64,000 nucleotides of DNA. It comes from Scyliorhinus canicula. Its lineage: Eukaryota. How positions within the stretch are numbered: the first letter of the stretch is position 1; every line of letters starts with the position of its first letter. The notes under the pieces are model-generated. The model was not told the DNA's origin. It did no database searches and saw nothing but the letters and a program-made list of their open reading frames with translations. The DNA is taken from assembly GCF_902713615.1 (NCBI RefSeq), contig NC_052147.1, forward strand, positions 209,956,559 to 210,020,558. The letters are read 5' to 3'. Positions 11,828 through 23,700 of the stretch are shown here, piece after piece. A program made the position numbers and the translations under genes.

Positions 11828-14022
11828 AATCTCAAGAGCGTACTGCCAAAATTCCACCAGCACATCTCCTGTCCCACCAGGGGTGACAACACTCTTGACC
11901 ACTGCTACTCAAAAATCAAGGGCGCCTACCGTTCCATCCCCCGACCGCACTTTGGGAAATCAGACCATGAGACGGTACTCCTTCTCCCGGCATACAAGCA
12001 GAAACTCAAGCGGGAGAAGCCAGCTAAGAAGGTCGCGCAGTGCTGGTCCGAGGAAACAGAAGAGCTCTTACATGACTGCTTAGAGACAGTGGGCTGGTCC
12101 ATCTTTAAGAACTCAGCGACCAACTTAAATGAGTATGCCACCAACGTCACAGACTTCATCTGCAAATGTGTGGACGAACGCGTGCCAAAGAAAGCAGTAC
12201 ATACATTCCCCAACTGGAAACCATGGCTCAATCGCGAGATTGACTCCCTACTGAAGGACAGATCTGAGGCATTCAAGTCAGACGACCCTGACCGATACAA
12301 GAAATCCAGGTATGACCTCCGCAAAGCCATCCGAGATGCCAAGAGAATATCAAACCAAGCGAAGCTGTACAGTATCTCCGGCAGCAGCGTACCCCTCCCC
12401 GATGAACTTAATGCATTCTATGCTCGGTTCGAGCAGGTAACCAACAATCCGATGTCGAGTGCCCCAACAGCCCATAACTCACCCATACCCACCATCACAG
12501 CTTCCGAAGTCAGATCGGCCTTCCTGAAAGTGAATCCTCGGAAGGCGACAAGCCCGGACGGGATTCCTAGTCATGCAGTCAGAGAACCTGCGCGGACCAG
12601 CTGGCAGAGGTGTTCGCGGACATCTTTAACCTGTCCCTACTCCACTCCGAGGTCCCCACCTGCTTCAAGAAGACCACCATCATACCGGTGCCAAAGCAGA
12701 ACCAGGCAACGTTCCTCAATGACTATCGTCCGGTGGCCCTGACTTCAGTCGTAATGAAGTGCTTCAAGACCTCCATACTCCCAGAACGCCTCGATCCACT
12801 GCAATTCGCATACCGTTGGAACTGTTCCACAGCAGACGCCATTTCCCTGGCCCTACACTCATCCCTAGAGCATCAAGGACAACAAGGACTCCTATTTATT
12901 GACGACAGCTCCGCATTCAACACCATAATCCCAGCCAAGCTCATATCAAAACTCCAAAACCTAGGACTTGGCTCCCCACTCTGCAATTGGATCCTCGATT
13001 TTCTGACCAACAGACCACAATCGGTAAGAATGAACAAAAGCACCTCCTCCACAATAGTCCTCCATACCGGGGCCCTGCAAGGCTGCGTACTTAGCCCCCT
13101 ACTCTACTCCCTGTACACAGACAACTGCGTGGCAAAATTTGGTTCCAACTCCATCTACAAGTTTGCTGACGATACTACCATAGTGGGCCGGATCTCGAAT
13201 AACGACGAGTCAGAATATAGGAGGGAGATATAGAACCTAGTGGAGTGAGTAGCGACAACAATTCTCCCTCAATGTCAGCAAAACTAAAGATCTGGTTATT
13301 GACTTCAGGAAGCAAAGTACTGTACACACCTCTGTCAGTATCAACGGGGCCGAGGTGAAGATGGTTAGCAGTTTCAAATTCCTAGGCGTGCACATCTCCA
13401 AAAATCTGACCTGGTCCACCCACGTCGACGCTACCACCAAAAAAGCACAACAGCGCCAATACTTCCTCAGGGAACTAAGGAAGTACGGCATGTCCACATT
13501 AACCCTTACCAATTTTTACAGATGCACTTTAGAAAGCATCCTATCTGGCTGCATCACAGCCTGGTATGGCAACTGCTCAGCCCAGGACCACAAGAAAGTT
13601 CAGAGAGTCGTGAACACTGCCCAGTCCATCACACAAACCTGCCTCCCATCCTTTAACTCCATCTACACCTCCCGCTTCCTGGGGAAAGCGGGCAGCATAA
13701 TCAAAGACCCCTCCCACCCGGCTTACTCACTCTTCTAACTTCTTCCATCGGGCAGGAGATACAAAAGTCTGAGAACGCGCACGAACAGACTCAAAAACCG
13801 CTTCTTCCGACCCTCTTATGGACTGACCTCATTAACACTACACCCCTGTATGCTTCTTCCGATGCCGGTGCTTATGTAGTTACATTGTATACCTTGTGTT
13901 GCCCTATTATGTATTTTCTTTTATTCCCTTTTCTTCTCATGTACTTAATGATCTGTTGAGCTGCTCGCAGAAAAATACTTTTCACTGTACCTCGGTGCAC
14001 ATGACAACAAACAAATCCAATC
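11828..14022 (+). mobile_element. 5'-truncated Rex1/Babar-type LINE (endonuclease end plus RT, frameshifted)
   Basis: ORFs 11792..12742 (CPTRGDNTLDHCY, GKSDH), 12610..13233 ([34 protein letters not shown]) and 13355..13738 (FYRCTLESILSGCITAWYG). Confidence 0.88.
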
Positions 14023-15210
14023 TATTGCTTCTAAAATAACCAGTGTTTCCATAGCTGAAGTACTTTTAACCAAGCTTTTTATTTTCTTAGTTTCCCAGGC
14101 CAAGGGACAACTTTTTCTATTGTCACCTACCAAGAGTATAAAACCAGCTGTACTTGAAAAATCATCCGGAAGATTGGCATGAAAAGCGTCATAAAAAGGA
14201 CTAATTTCATGCCCTTCCAAGGCTGGCAATTTGAGTACGCATTTCTCTAATTTTCTAAATGTTTTGTTTACCCATAAAACATCCTCCGTTGCAGTGTTTC
14301 AAAATAATACTTTGTTCCAATACATCAAAACTGGCATCTCATGTTATCTGGGTGCATAGCTAATTCAACTGTGCAAGCAAGCTTCTTTGCTGCTCTGTTT
14401 CTTCTTTCCATGCAAGATCATTTTTCTTAGCCTGATTTATTGGGATTTATTAAGAATAACATCACCTAGATAATTCAAGGTTACTCGTGACTGATTCTGC
14501 TTAATGTCTCAGGCTGTGTATTTAAAGGCCCCTTAAGCCTTCCGATCTTATAACAAATTGCTCAAATTTCACAGTATCTTCCCATGGAAAATCATTGACA
14601 TGCATCGTAATGATGCCTGAGAGTTTTCCTTTATGGGTACCAGTAGAACATTACTGAATCTGCTTTCAGTTGACTACCCCCTGCTTTCAGTAAGACCAAG
14701 AAATACCATTCCCTCGACACGTCATTGAGTCTGTAAAAGCATTTTTAAAATTTCCTTAAGTTCCCTTTTACATCACTTACTACTTTCAATGTGCTCTTTG
14801 AAATTTTCTCCCTGTAAATATGTAGCTTTTATATTGATCGATCTATATTTCCACGAACATATGGCTAACAGAGCTAAGAACATTTTCAGGATTACATTTC
14901 CCACCATAGGGAAGTCTACTCCATCATCTTGATCTCCAAAACCCCGAGTCTCACTTCAGTACCATATGCCCTGTCTGAGCAGATTTGTTTCCCCCTAAAT
15001 GTATCCATCTACGTGATGAGGCATGCTGTCACCTTTCTGACACTTCTGAGTAGACATCAAATTGCTTCCAACTATTTTGTGTCTCATTAATTTATCTTCT
15101 AATTTGTTGGCAGCACCAAAATCTGGTCAAATGGGCTTCTACTTCTAGCAATGTTCCTAGATTGTTTTGTAATCCATGTTCTAGATACCATTAATCTAGA
15201 CAAGATACAG

Positions 15211-15697
15211 CAGTGGTGGGCAACCTACAGCCGGGGGTCACATGCAGCCCACCTGGGTTCTGAGTGTGGCCCTCGCGACACTTTGTTGACCGTTGCTCAT
15301 GCGCAGAGTTGCCACATTTCACAGATTTCCGTCCGTACAATTTTTTTTCCAACAGATATGACTCGGTGATATACGCGTAGGCATGTAAAGTGAAGTGCAT
15401 GGTGGTTGCACACAGCACTGACTGAGAACCGTGTGCCCCCTCTGAATCTAAAAGTGTACATATTTATTTTTGTTTTTACCATTTTAGCTAGTTGTTCTGT
15501 TAATATATAAATGATTAAGCATTTTCTATAACTCATTATGAAACATTCAGCATGTTTCAAATTTATGGGGTCTTTTCATGGGGTCTTTTCATGGGGGTCA
15601 TGGTTAATTAACAAGCCTGATTTCAAGCTTGCAGCCCACTGAGATGAAGGAGGGCCACTCATGCAGTCCATTTGCTAGCCTACGTTGCCCACCATTG
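15211..15697. mobile_element. non-autonomous hAT MITE
   Basis: TIRs CAGTGGTGGGCAAC and GTTGCCCACCATTG; 8-bp TSD AGATACAG / AGCTACAG (7/8). Confidence 0.85.
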
Positions 15698-15877
15698 AGC
15701 TACAGCCTCTTTGTCCTTTCTGAACTATTACTACTAGATCTCTCCCTCCAATGATCAGAGCTTCTGTCACAGTATGTGATCATTTCCTCGTGCCAAGAGT
15801 CAGTCTTGAGATCATTGAGAGTTCTCACTGTGCTTGTTTTCTACAGTTTCACCTCATTTTGGCAATCCAGAGATCTT

Positions 15878-16601
15878 GGGCGGAATTCTCCACTCCCGCG
15901 CGGCATTGGGAAGGCCGTCGTGAACTCGGCCGAGTTTCACGATGGCCTTGGAGGCTGCTCCTCGCACCCTATTCACCCCCCCCCCCCCAGGGGGCTAGGA
16001 GCGGCGCTCCGTAAATCTCGGCCGCCGGGCCTTGATGCTTGCTCAAGGCGGTTCGCCGAGAATGACGCAACAGCGGCGCCTAAGTGACATCAGCTGCGCA
16101 TGCGTAGGTTGGCCGGCTCCAACCCGCGCATGCGCGGCTGACGCCACGACGGCTGCCGGCTCCAACCCACGCATGCGCGGTTGCCGTCTTCCCCTCCGCT
16201 GCCCCGTATGACGGGGCGGCGGAGGGGAAAGAGTGTGTCTCTTGGAGACGCCGGCCCGACGATTGGTGGGCACCGATCGCGGGGCAGTCCCCTCCCGAGC
16301 ACGGCCGTGGTGCTCACTCGCCTCTCCGCGCCCCACAAGCCACAAACAAAACTTTGGCGCCATGTTCACGATGGCAGCCACCAGGTGTGGTTGCAGCCGT
16401 CGTGAACCGGTGGGGAACGTCAGGCCGCTCGGCCCATTTGGGGCGAAGAATCGGCGGTCGCTGTGAAAAACGGCGAGCGCCGATTCTCCAAGCGGGGGTT
16501 GGGGTGGGGGTGGGGGGGGTGGCGGTGAAAGGCCAGCGTGTCGTGAGTCGCCCAGCCCTCCCGCGATTCTCCCACCCGACGTGGGGAGCGGATAATCGTC
16601 C
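15878..16601. mobile_element. GC-rich non-autonomous element, probably Harbinger-derived MITE
   Basis: Starts GGGCGGAATTCTCC like the 7322 element and has repeated GATTCTCC/GAGAAT motifs. Abrupt GC-rich island inside the AT-rich copia. Confidence 0.65.
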
Positions 16602-19594
16602 ATCATCTTGGATATTTACCCAATATTTGAACTTGCCTTCAGCCTTCCCTGCTCTCCCTATAATAGCCACATCACTCCATTTACCGGACCCTTCTGGTAT
16701 GCGCATCACCCTGGTACCAACTCGAGGCAATTGCCCTTTGGATATAATGGGCCCTGTTCTGTGCCTTTGTGTCGATCTACCTATCACCATCCAACCTTTT
16801 ATCTACCATTATTCTGTTCCTCGTATCTGTCAAACATGATTGTGAGGTTTAGGGTGCCTCATTGCCTTCTATTAATTGTTCAAATTATAAAAGTTTGTAA
16901 TCCATCCCAATTAACTGAGATGAGTAGACCGTAATAGCTTGACTACCATGTTGGAGAACCACTGTCTTCCCATCATATGCTATCACCTTGCCAGGACCTT
17001 TCCACTCTTTGACTTTTTTTAATAGTATACTAAATCCCCAGGATTAAAGTTGCTAATTACTCAATGCTCGAGTTCTATGAACTTCCTCTGAGACTTCTTG
17101 CCTGATAAATATACTTCTGCATGCATGCAATGCAGTCCAGTGTGCAGAGAAAAAAATGTTGTCCCTTCTAGAGCCGGGGATATCTTGCAGTACAGATGAT
17201 ATTCCCTGGCATTGACGAGAGCCACAGCCCCAACAATCTGAAGTGAAGGACTGCCTGTGGTAGAGCAGTTGTTAACTTGCAGTTTGGTTGATTGGCTAAG
17301 ATCTTACGGGGCATCTCATTGACCACCTCATTATTTTTTCACTGAGTCTGAGAATTCTAAATTTCAGTCCGGATGTAAGTATCAGTCGAACACCGGATAA
17401 CTTCAAAGAATCTTTTATTTACCTCGGGGCTGCTGCACAAGTGAAACTGAGTAACAGCAAGTGAAGGCAATTTTCTTTTATTTACAGTTAATTATATACT
17501 GGTACAAAACCTCTCAAACCCCTCCTTCATATATTTTCTTCTTCGTCTCAATATTCACACAGTTAGTTCATTAGCTTACATAGCATATCAATTTTTATCA
17601 TCAGCAGGAGTAAATCATCCCACAGCTGCATTTCATTCCCACGGACACTCACAGGTTCCCACAGACAGCCAGGATCGCGATAAGGCCATACCAAGCTGAA
17701 CACAGAAGCAATTCATCTCACAAGGCACGTACACATATTACACAAACTTGACATGCCCATCAAGCTCTGATTCTAACTTGACCCAAACTCTAAAGTCCAT
17801 GGCCAAAAGGACTTTCAACTATTGTGTTCCTGACCACAATGTTCATATTTTCGCACATGTTTCTAAACTTAACGAATTTCCCTCCCCATTTGTCAGTCAG
17901 AAATTCAACTGCTGCTCTGGTCTGGCCCCTATTCATTTCAATGACTACTTAGCATGTATTACTGTAGAAAGACTGGATCTGGTATAGAAATTTTACATTT
18001 CTTGAATGCAAAATGAAAATATTTGTCGTCCTACACCTTTTAAATCCATGGATACTACTTTATTAAAGTTTTGAGCCCTGATTCTTTTTACATACATCAT
18101 GTTTTTCACTCTTTGATGAGCCTTGCAAGCTCATCAACCATAATTCCATCCTTTAGTAAAGTTTTTAATCTGAGAAGAAGGATAAGTAAATTGTTTGTCT
18201 AACTTTAAGGCAGTTTGCTATTTTACTTTCATTCTTATCACCTGGTGCCATTAACACTTTTCTAATATTCTGATTAGAAGCAATAATTCTCTGAGGTCAT
18301 GTCATGCCCAGAGAGATCATTGGGAAGTGCATTCTATTTTTCTTAAGGAACCAACATGGAAAGATGGACACTGCATGCTCTCATAATGGTTTCCAGAAAG
18401 TCAGGTGACTTCTGTTTGTGGTTTCTGGGGAGACAGAAAAGATGTCTGGCAAGTTACTTGATGGGCTATCAACCCTTCCCCTCCCCTCATTATGTACTTA
18501 TCACCTCGGCTCCAATCCATTATGTGGGCCAGTATTTTTCAAACTTTTTTCCCGGGACCCATTTTTGCCTTCGCAACCCATACCGACTGACCTTTGCAAC
18601 CATTGCCTCATTCACTTACCTTTAGTGCGAAAGGGGAGCTCACCCCAAACAGGTTCATAGGAGGAGAGGGCAATGTGCATATCAGGTGCAGACTTAAAAC
18701 CGGTTCCTTTTGTACCGTCTTCATTTTTGTGATAACAGAAAATCCATCCTTGTCCTGAAGGACAATAGCAACAAAGTGTTTGTTTTATTCAGTACTGGAT
18801 ACTCCAGGGCAATGCCAGTTCAGAATGTGGACAGCCTCATGGTCTTTTGGCGTGTTTTTAATGTACTATCACATATCCGGTATAGCAGTGCACTCTTTTC
18901 ATTTGGAGTCAGCTTTAAGTTAATAACTGACTCTGGGGTCTCAACCTGTAAAATTAATTTTTCACCCACCAACATTTTGAAAATCTGAAACTACTTTTGT
19001 TTGCCAGTACTTCCCTGCTTTTAACACACACAAGCTTTGCATCCTTATTTGTATTGGCACAGTTGACAAAATCAAGTAACCATATTTATATTGCTTTGGT
19101 CCTAAGTTTCTTCTTTGTAGGCTATTAACCAGAGGCCCTGGAACTCTGTACAGAGGTAACACCAGCACTGCTCTGTCCTGCTGTGGACTCTTCTGTGCAG
19201 CTGTCTCCAGCAGAATCAGTTGTAAGATCTTGGCCACAAGATACACTGCCTATTTGTGTCTCTGGCCTCTTGCTCTTACCTGCAAGAAAACAATTTATCG
19301 GCACAGTTCTCTTGTCTTCTTTGCCATAAGCTATAAAATGGAAGAAGCTGTCTGCGGTGATTGGCACCAAAAGCACGTCCACCGAGAGCGCTTGATTTCA
19401 AGTGTACGTGCGGGGCACGTGGCCTGTTCACTGCTGCCACTTATGGCCAGAAGACTGCACAGAGCCTCATTTTTTTTCTTATTTAAAAGGTGGCAGCAGT
19501 CGGCATTTTTTTCCCCGCCACAACCTTTTTGATTATATTGAAACTTTGTTTAACAACCAGATCCTGAAACCGAATTATATTTTTTTCAAGTAAC

Positions 19595-19772
19595 AAAAAT
19601 GAAAATTACTTATCGTCACGAGTAGGCTTCAATGAAGTTACTGTGAAAAGCCCCGAGTCGCCACATTCCGGCGCCTGTCCGGGGAGGCTTGTACAGGAAT
19701 CGAACCGTGCTGCTGGCCTGCTTGGTCTGCTTTAAAAGCCAGCGATTTAACCCAGTGAGCTAAACCGGCCCC
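19595..19772 (-). mobile_element. short tRNA-headed SINE (GGGGCCGGTTTAGCTC head, AAGCCTACTCGTGAC tail)
   Basis: A-box-like head and GGTTCGATTCC B box; its 3' tail is shared with other SINEs in the window. Confidence 0.8.
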
Positions 19773-19773
19773 T

Positions 19774-19777
19774 AAAA
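19774..19777 (-). terminator. Pol III oligo-T terminator (TTTT) of the tRNA-Ala gene
   Basis: The minus strand trailer reads CAGA TTTT AGG directly after the discriminator A. Confidence 0.6.
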
Positions 19778-19781
19778 TCTG

Positions 19782-19853
19782 TGGAGATGCCGGGGATTGA
19801 ACCCGGGATCTCATACATGCAAAGCATGCGCTCTACCACTGAGCTACATCCCC
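19782..19853 (-). tRNA. tRNA-Ala(UGC), 72 nt, intron-less
   Basis: Minus strand reads GGGGATG TA GCTC AGTGGTA GAGC G CATGC TTTGCAT GTATG AGATC CCGGG TTCAATC CCCGG CATCTCC A. All four stems pair, the G3:U70 alanine identity pair is present, the anticodon is TGC, and A and B boxes are intact. Position 46 is A instead of the usual G. Confidence 0.93.
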
Positions 19854-20747
19854 TCCTAAACACGGTCAGGCAGAATGTCACTGGGCACCTGTCAGTACCG
19901 TTTCCCAGGTAACAGACTGAAAACATACTTAAAAAAACACAATGCTGGGCACAACTCAGCTGACCAATATGTGCAGACACATTCCATTCTATACCCCTGC
20001 AATATTTTACCAGCTCCTGTATACATGTGTAGTTTAGTCACAAGGTAATGCCATCCTTGGCGAACAATTGAAGTCCCGATAAAGCTAGAAGCAAAGATCC
20101 TTGCGGTACAGGAACCAATTCAGCTGATGGAGTCCATGTAGCCACACGGTAGAGATGGATGCTTGAGGATGAGTACCTGGGAAGAGGGGGTGGGGAGGTG
20201 ATGAAAGAAAGAAGCGTCTTGAAGGACAAGAGCCCCAGTGTGGCGAGACAATTCGGAAGTGATGGAGTGGACATAGGGGCTTGTTAGGATGGAGGAGACT
20301 TGTGTCCGGGTTAACTGAGAGAATGATAAAGGATGCATGGGGTTCGTTAGTGACACACTGAACCCCAGAACTAATACAGATCTCGATACTGAACACAGTA
20401 GCAGAAAATGCCATCCAAAGAGAATTTTACAGGTCACTGGCTGCAAACTGCCTCAACTACACTGTGGCCTAGAGAGGCCGGGAAATCCATGGCACTAACT
20501 TCTACATTAGCCTCATGTGATCATACACTGCTATAGTGGGAATTTTACCGAGAGAGAAAAGGGGGGAAAAATGGTCAGGCGATCTTTGGTGACTGTTGGC
20601 GACCCATTCTACACCATCCCGCGACCCATCCACGGGTCGTGACCCCCAGTTTGAAAACCACTGCTCTATTCTTCAATCGTCATTCTGTCAGATGAGTAGG
20701 TGAGACTTTGAGAACTCTATACAGGCCTGCTAACATATAGCTAAAAA

Positions 20748-23700
20748 TAATTAATCTTTATTGTCACAAGTAGGCTTGCATTAACACTGCAATGAAGTTA
20801 CTGTGAAAAGCCCCTAGTCGCCACTTTCCAGCACCTGTTCAGGTACATAAGAACATAAGAACTAGGAGCAAGAGTAGGCCATCTGGCCCCTCGAGCCTGC
20901 TCCGCCATTCAATGAGATCATGGCTGATCTTTTGTGGACTCACACCAAAAGGCCCGAACACCATAACCCTTAATCCCTTTATTCTTCAAAGAACTATCTA
21001 TCTTTACCTTAAAAACATGTAATGAAGGAGCCTCAACTGCTTCACTGGGCAAGGAATTCCATAGATTCACAACCCTTTGGGTGAAGAAGTTCCTCCTAAA
21101 CTCAGTCCTAAATCTACTTCCCCTTATTTTGAGGCTATGTCCCCTAGTTCTGCTTTCACCCGCCAGTGTAAACAACCTGCCCGCATCTATCCTATCTATT
21201 CCCTTCATAATTTTAAATGTTTCTATAAGATCCCCCCTCATCCTTCTAAATTCCAATGAGTACAGTCCCAGTCTACTCAACCTCTCCTCATAATCCAACC
21301 CCTTCAGCTCTGGGATTAACCTAGTGAATCTCCTCTGCACACCCTCCAGTGCCAGTACGTCCTTTCTCAAGTAAGGAGACCAAAACTGAACACAATACTC
21401 CAGGTGTGGCCTCACTAACACCTTATACAATTGCAACATAACCTCCCTAGTCTTAAACTCCATCCCTCTAGCAATGAAGGACAAAATTCCATTTGCCGCC
21501 TTAATCACCTGTTGCACCTGTAAACCAACCTTCTGTGACTCATGCACTAACACACCCAAGTCTCTCTGCACAGCGGCATGCTTTAATATTTTATCGTTTA
21601 AATAATAATCCCGTTTGCTGTTATTCCTACCAAAATGGATAACCTCACATTTGTCAACATTGTATTCCATCTGCCAGACCCTAGCCCATTCACTTAACCT
21701 ATCCAAATCCCTCTGCAGACTTCCAGTATCCTCTGCACTTTTCGCTTTACCACTCATCTTAGTGTCATCTGCAAACTTGGACACATTGCCCTTGGTCCCC
21801 AACTCCAAATCATCTATGTAAATTGTGAACAATTGTGGGCCCAACAAGGATCCCTGAGGGACACCACTAGCTACTGATTGCCAACCAGAGAAACACCCAT
21901 TAATCCCCACTCTTTGCTTTCTATTAATTAACCAATCCTCTATCCATGCTACTACTTTACCCTTAATGCCATGCATCTTTATCTTATGCAGCAACCTTTT
22001 GTGTGGCACCTTGTCAAAGGCTTTCTGGAAATCCAGATATACCACATCCATCGGCTCTCCATTATCTACTGCACTGGTAATGTCCTCAAAAAATTCCACT
22101 AAATTAGTTAGGCATGACCTGCCCTTTATGAACCCATGCTGCGTCTGCCCAATGGGACACTTTCTGTCCAGATGCCTCGCTATTTCTTCCTTGATGATAG
22201 ATTCCAGCATCTTCCCTACTACCGAAGTTAAGCTCACTGGCCTATAATTTCCTGCTTTCTGCCTACCTCCTAGTGGTGTCACGTTTGCTAATTTCCAATC
22301 CACCGGGACCACCCCAGAGTCTAGTGAATTTCGGTAAATTATCACTAGTGCATCTGCAATTTCCCTAGCCATCTCTTTTAGCACTCTGGGATGCATTCCA
22401 TCAGGGCCAGGAGACTTGTCTACCTTTAGCCCCATTAGCTTGCCCATCACTCCCTCCTTAGTGATAACAATCCTCTCGAGGTCCACACCTGTCATAGCCT
22501 CATTTCTATCAGTCGCTGGCATGTTATTTGTGTCTTCCACTGTGAAGACCGACCCAAAAAACCTGTTCAGTTCCTCAGCCATTTCCTCATTTCCCATTAT
22601 TAAAACTCCCTTCTCATCCTCTAAAGGACCAATATTTACCTTAGCCACTCTTTTTTGTCTTATATGTTTGTAAAAACTTTTACTGTCTGTTTTTATATTC
22701 TGAGCAAGTTTACTCTCATACTCTATCTTACTCTTCTTTATAGCTTTTTTAGTAGCTTTCTGTTGCCCCCTAAAGATTTCCCAGTCCTCTAATCTCCCAG
22801 CAATCTTTGCCACTTTATATGCTTTTTCCTTCAATTTGATACTCTCCCTTATTTCCTTAGATATCCACGGTCGATTTTCCCTCTTTCTTCCGTCCTTCCT
22901 TTTTGTTGGTATAAACCTTTGCTGAGCACTGTGAAAAATCGCTTGGAAGGTTCTCCACTGTTCCTCAACTGTTCCACCATAAAGTCTTAGCTCCCAGTCT
23001 ACCTTAGCTAGTTCTTCTCTCATCCCCTTGTAATCTCCTTTGTTTAAACACAAAACACTAGTATTTGATTTTACTTTCTCACCCTCCATCTGTATTTTAA
23101 ATTCCACCATATTGTGATCGCTCCTTCCGAGAGGATCCCTAACTATGAGATCATGAATCAATCCTGTCTCATTACACAGAACAAGATCTAGGACCGCTTG
23201 TTCCCTCGTAGGTTCCAATACATACTGTTCTAGGAAACTATCGCGGATACATTCTATAAACTCCTCCTCACGGTTGCCTTGACCGACCTGGTTAAACCAA
23301 TCGACATGTAGATTAAAATCCCCCATGATAACTGCTGTACCATTTCTACATGCATCAGTTATTTCTTTGTTTATTGCCTGCCCCACCATCTCGTTACTAT
23401 TTGGTGGCCGATAGACTACTCCTATCAGTTACTTTTTCGCCTTACTATTCCTGATTTCCACCCAAATGGATTCAACCTTATCCTCCATAGCACCGATGTC
23501 ATCCCTTACTATTGCCCGGATGTCATCCTTAAATAACAGAGCAACACCACCTCCCTTACCATCCACTCTGTCCTTCCGAATAGTTTGATACCCTCGGATA
23601 TTTAACTCCCAGTCGTGACCATCCTTTAACCATGTTTCAGTAATGGCCACTAAATCATAGTCATTTACGATGATTTGTGCCATCAACTCATTTACTTTAT

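Larger units (their letters stand above)
11075..18450 (-). mobile_element. decayed Ty1/copia LTR retrotransposon (integrase, then RT, then RNase H), fragmented by later insertions
   Basis: Minus-strand remnants FNKVVSMDLK (integrase, about 18045-18075), GPGKVIAYDGKTVV (about 16955-17000), GKLSGIITMHVNDF (RT HVDD, about 14590-14630), SSTAGF..CPLAWETKKIK..STSAMETL (RNase H, ORF 13945..14229) and KRFRIILASL..LERKEISKIK..QLPDSF (about 11290-11505). Integrase precedes RT, which is the copia order. Confidence 0.75.
18530..20663 (-). mobile_element. internally deleted hAT (Charlie/Buster-like) DNA transposon carrying the tRNA-Ala gene
   Basis: TIRs CAGTATTTTTCAAACT (18530-18545) and revcomp CAGTGGTTTTCAAACT (20648-20663) match 14/16, with subterminal (C/G)GACCCA repeats. 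Minus-strand transposase remnants include the C-terminal ..KMKTVQRNR..APDMHIALSSYEP.. (about 18640-18730) and ..EYPVL... No intact 8-bp TSD. Confidence 0.75.

Noticed and set aside
15878-16601. GC/CpG-rich island as promoter, and its overlapping ORFs as genes
   Set aside because: It has transposon-like termini, sits inside a copia relic, and the ORFs are low-complexity products of high GC content.
17374-17954. solo LTR inside the copia integrase
   Set aside because: TG...CA ends are possible but there is no TSD and no second copy in the window, so it is left unclassified.
20038-20446. three overlapping minus-strand ORFs inside the hAT element as captured protein cargo
   Set aside because: No recognisable domain; needs a database search before any claim.
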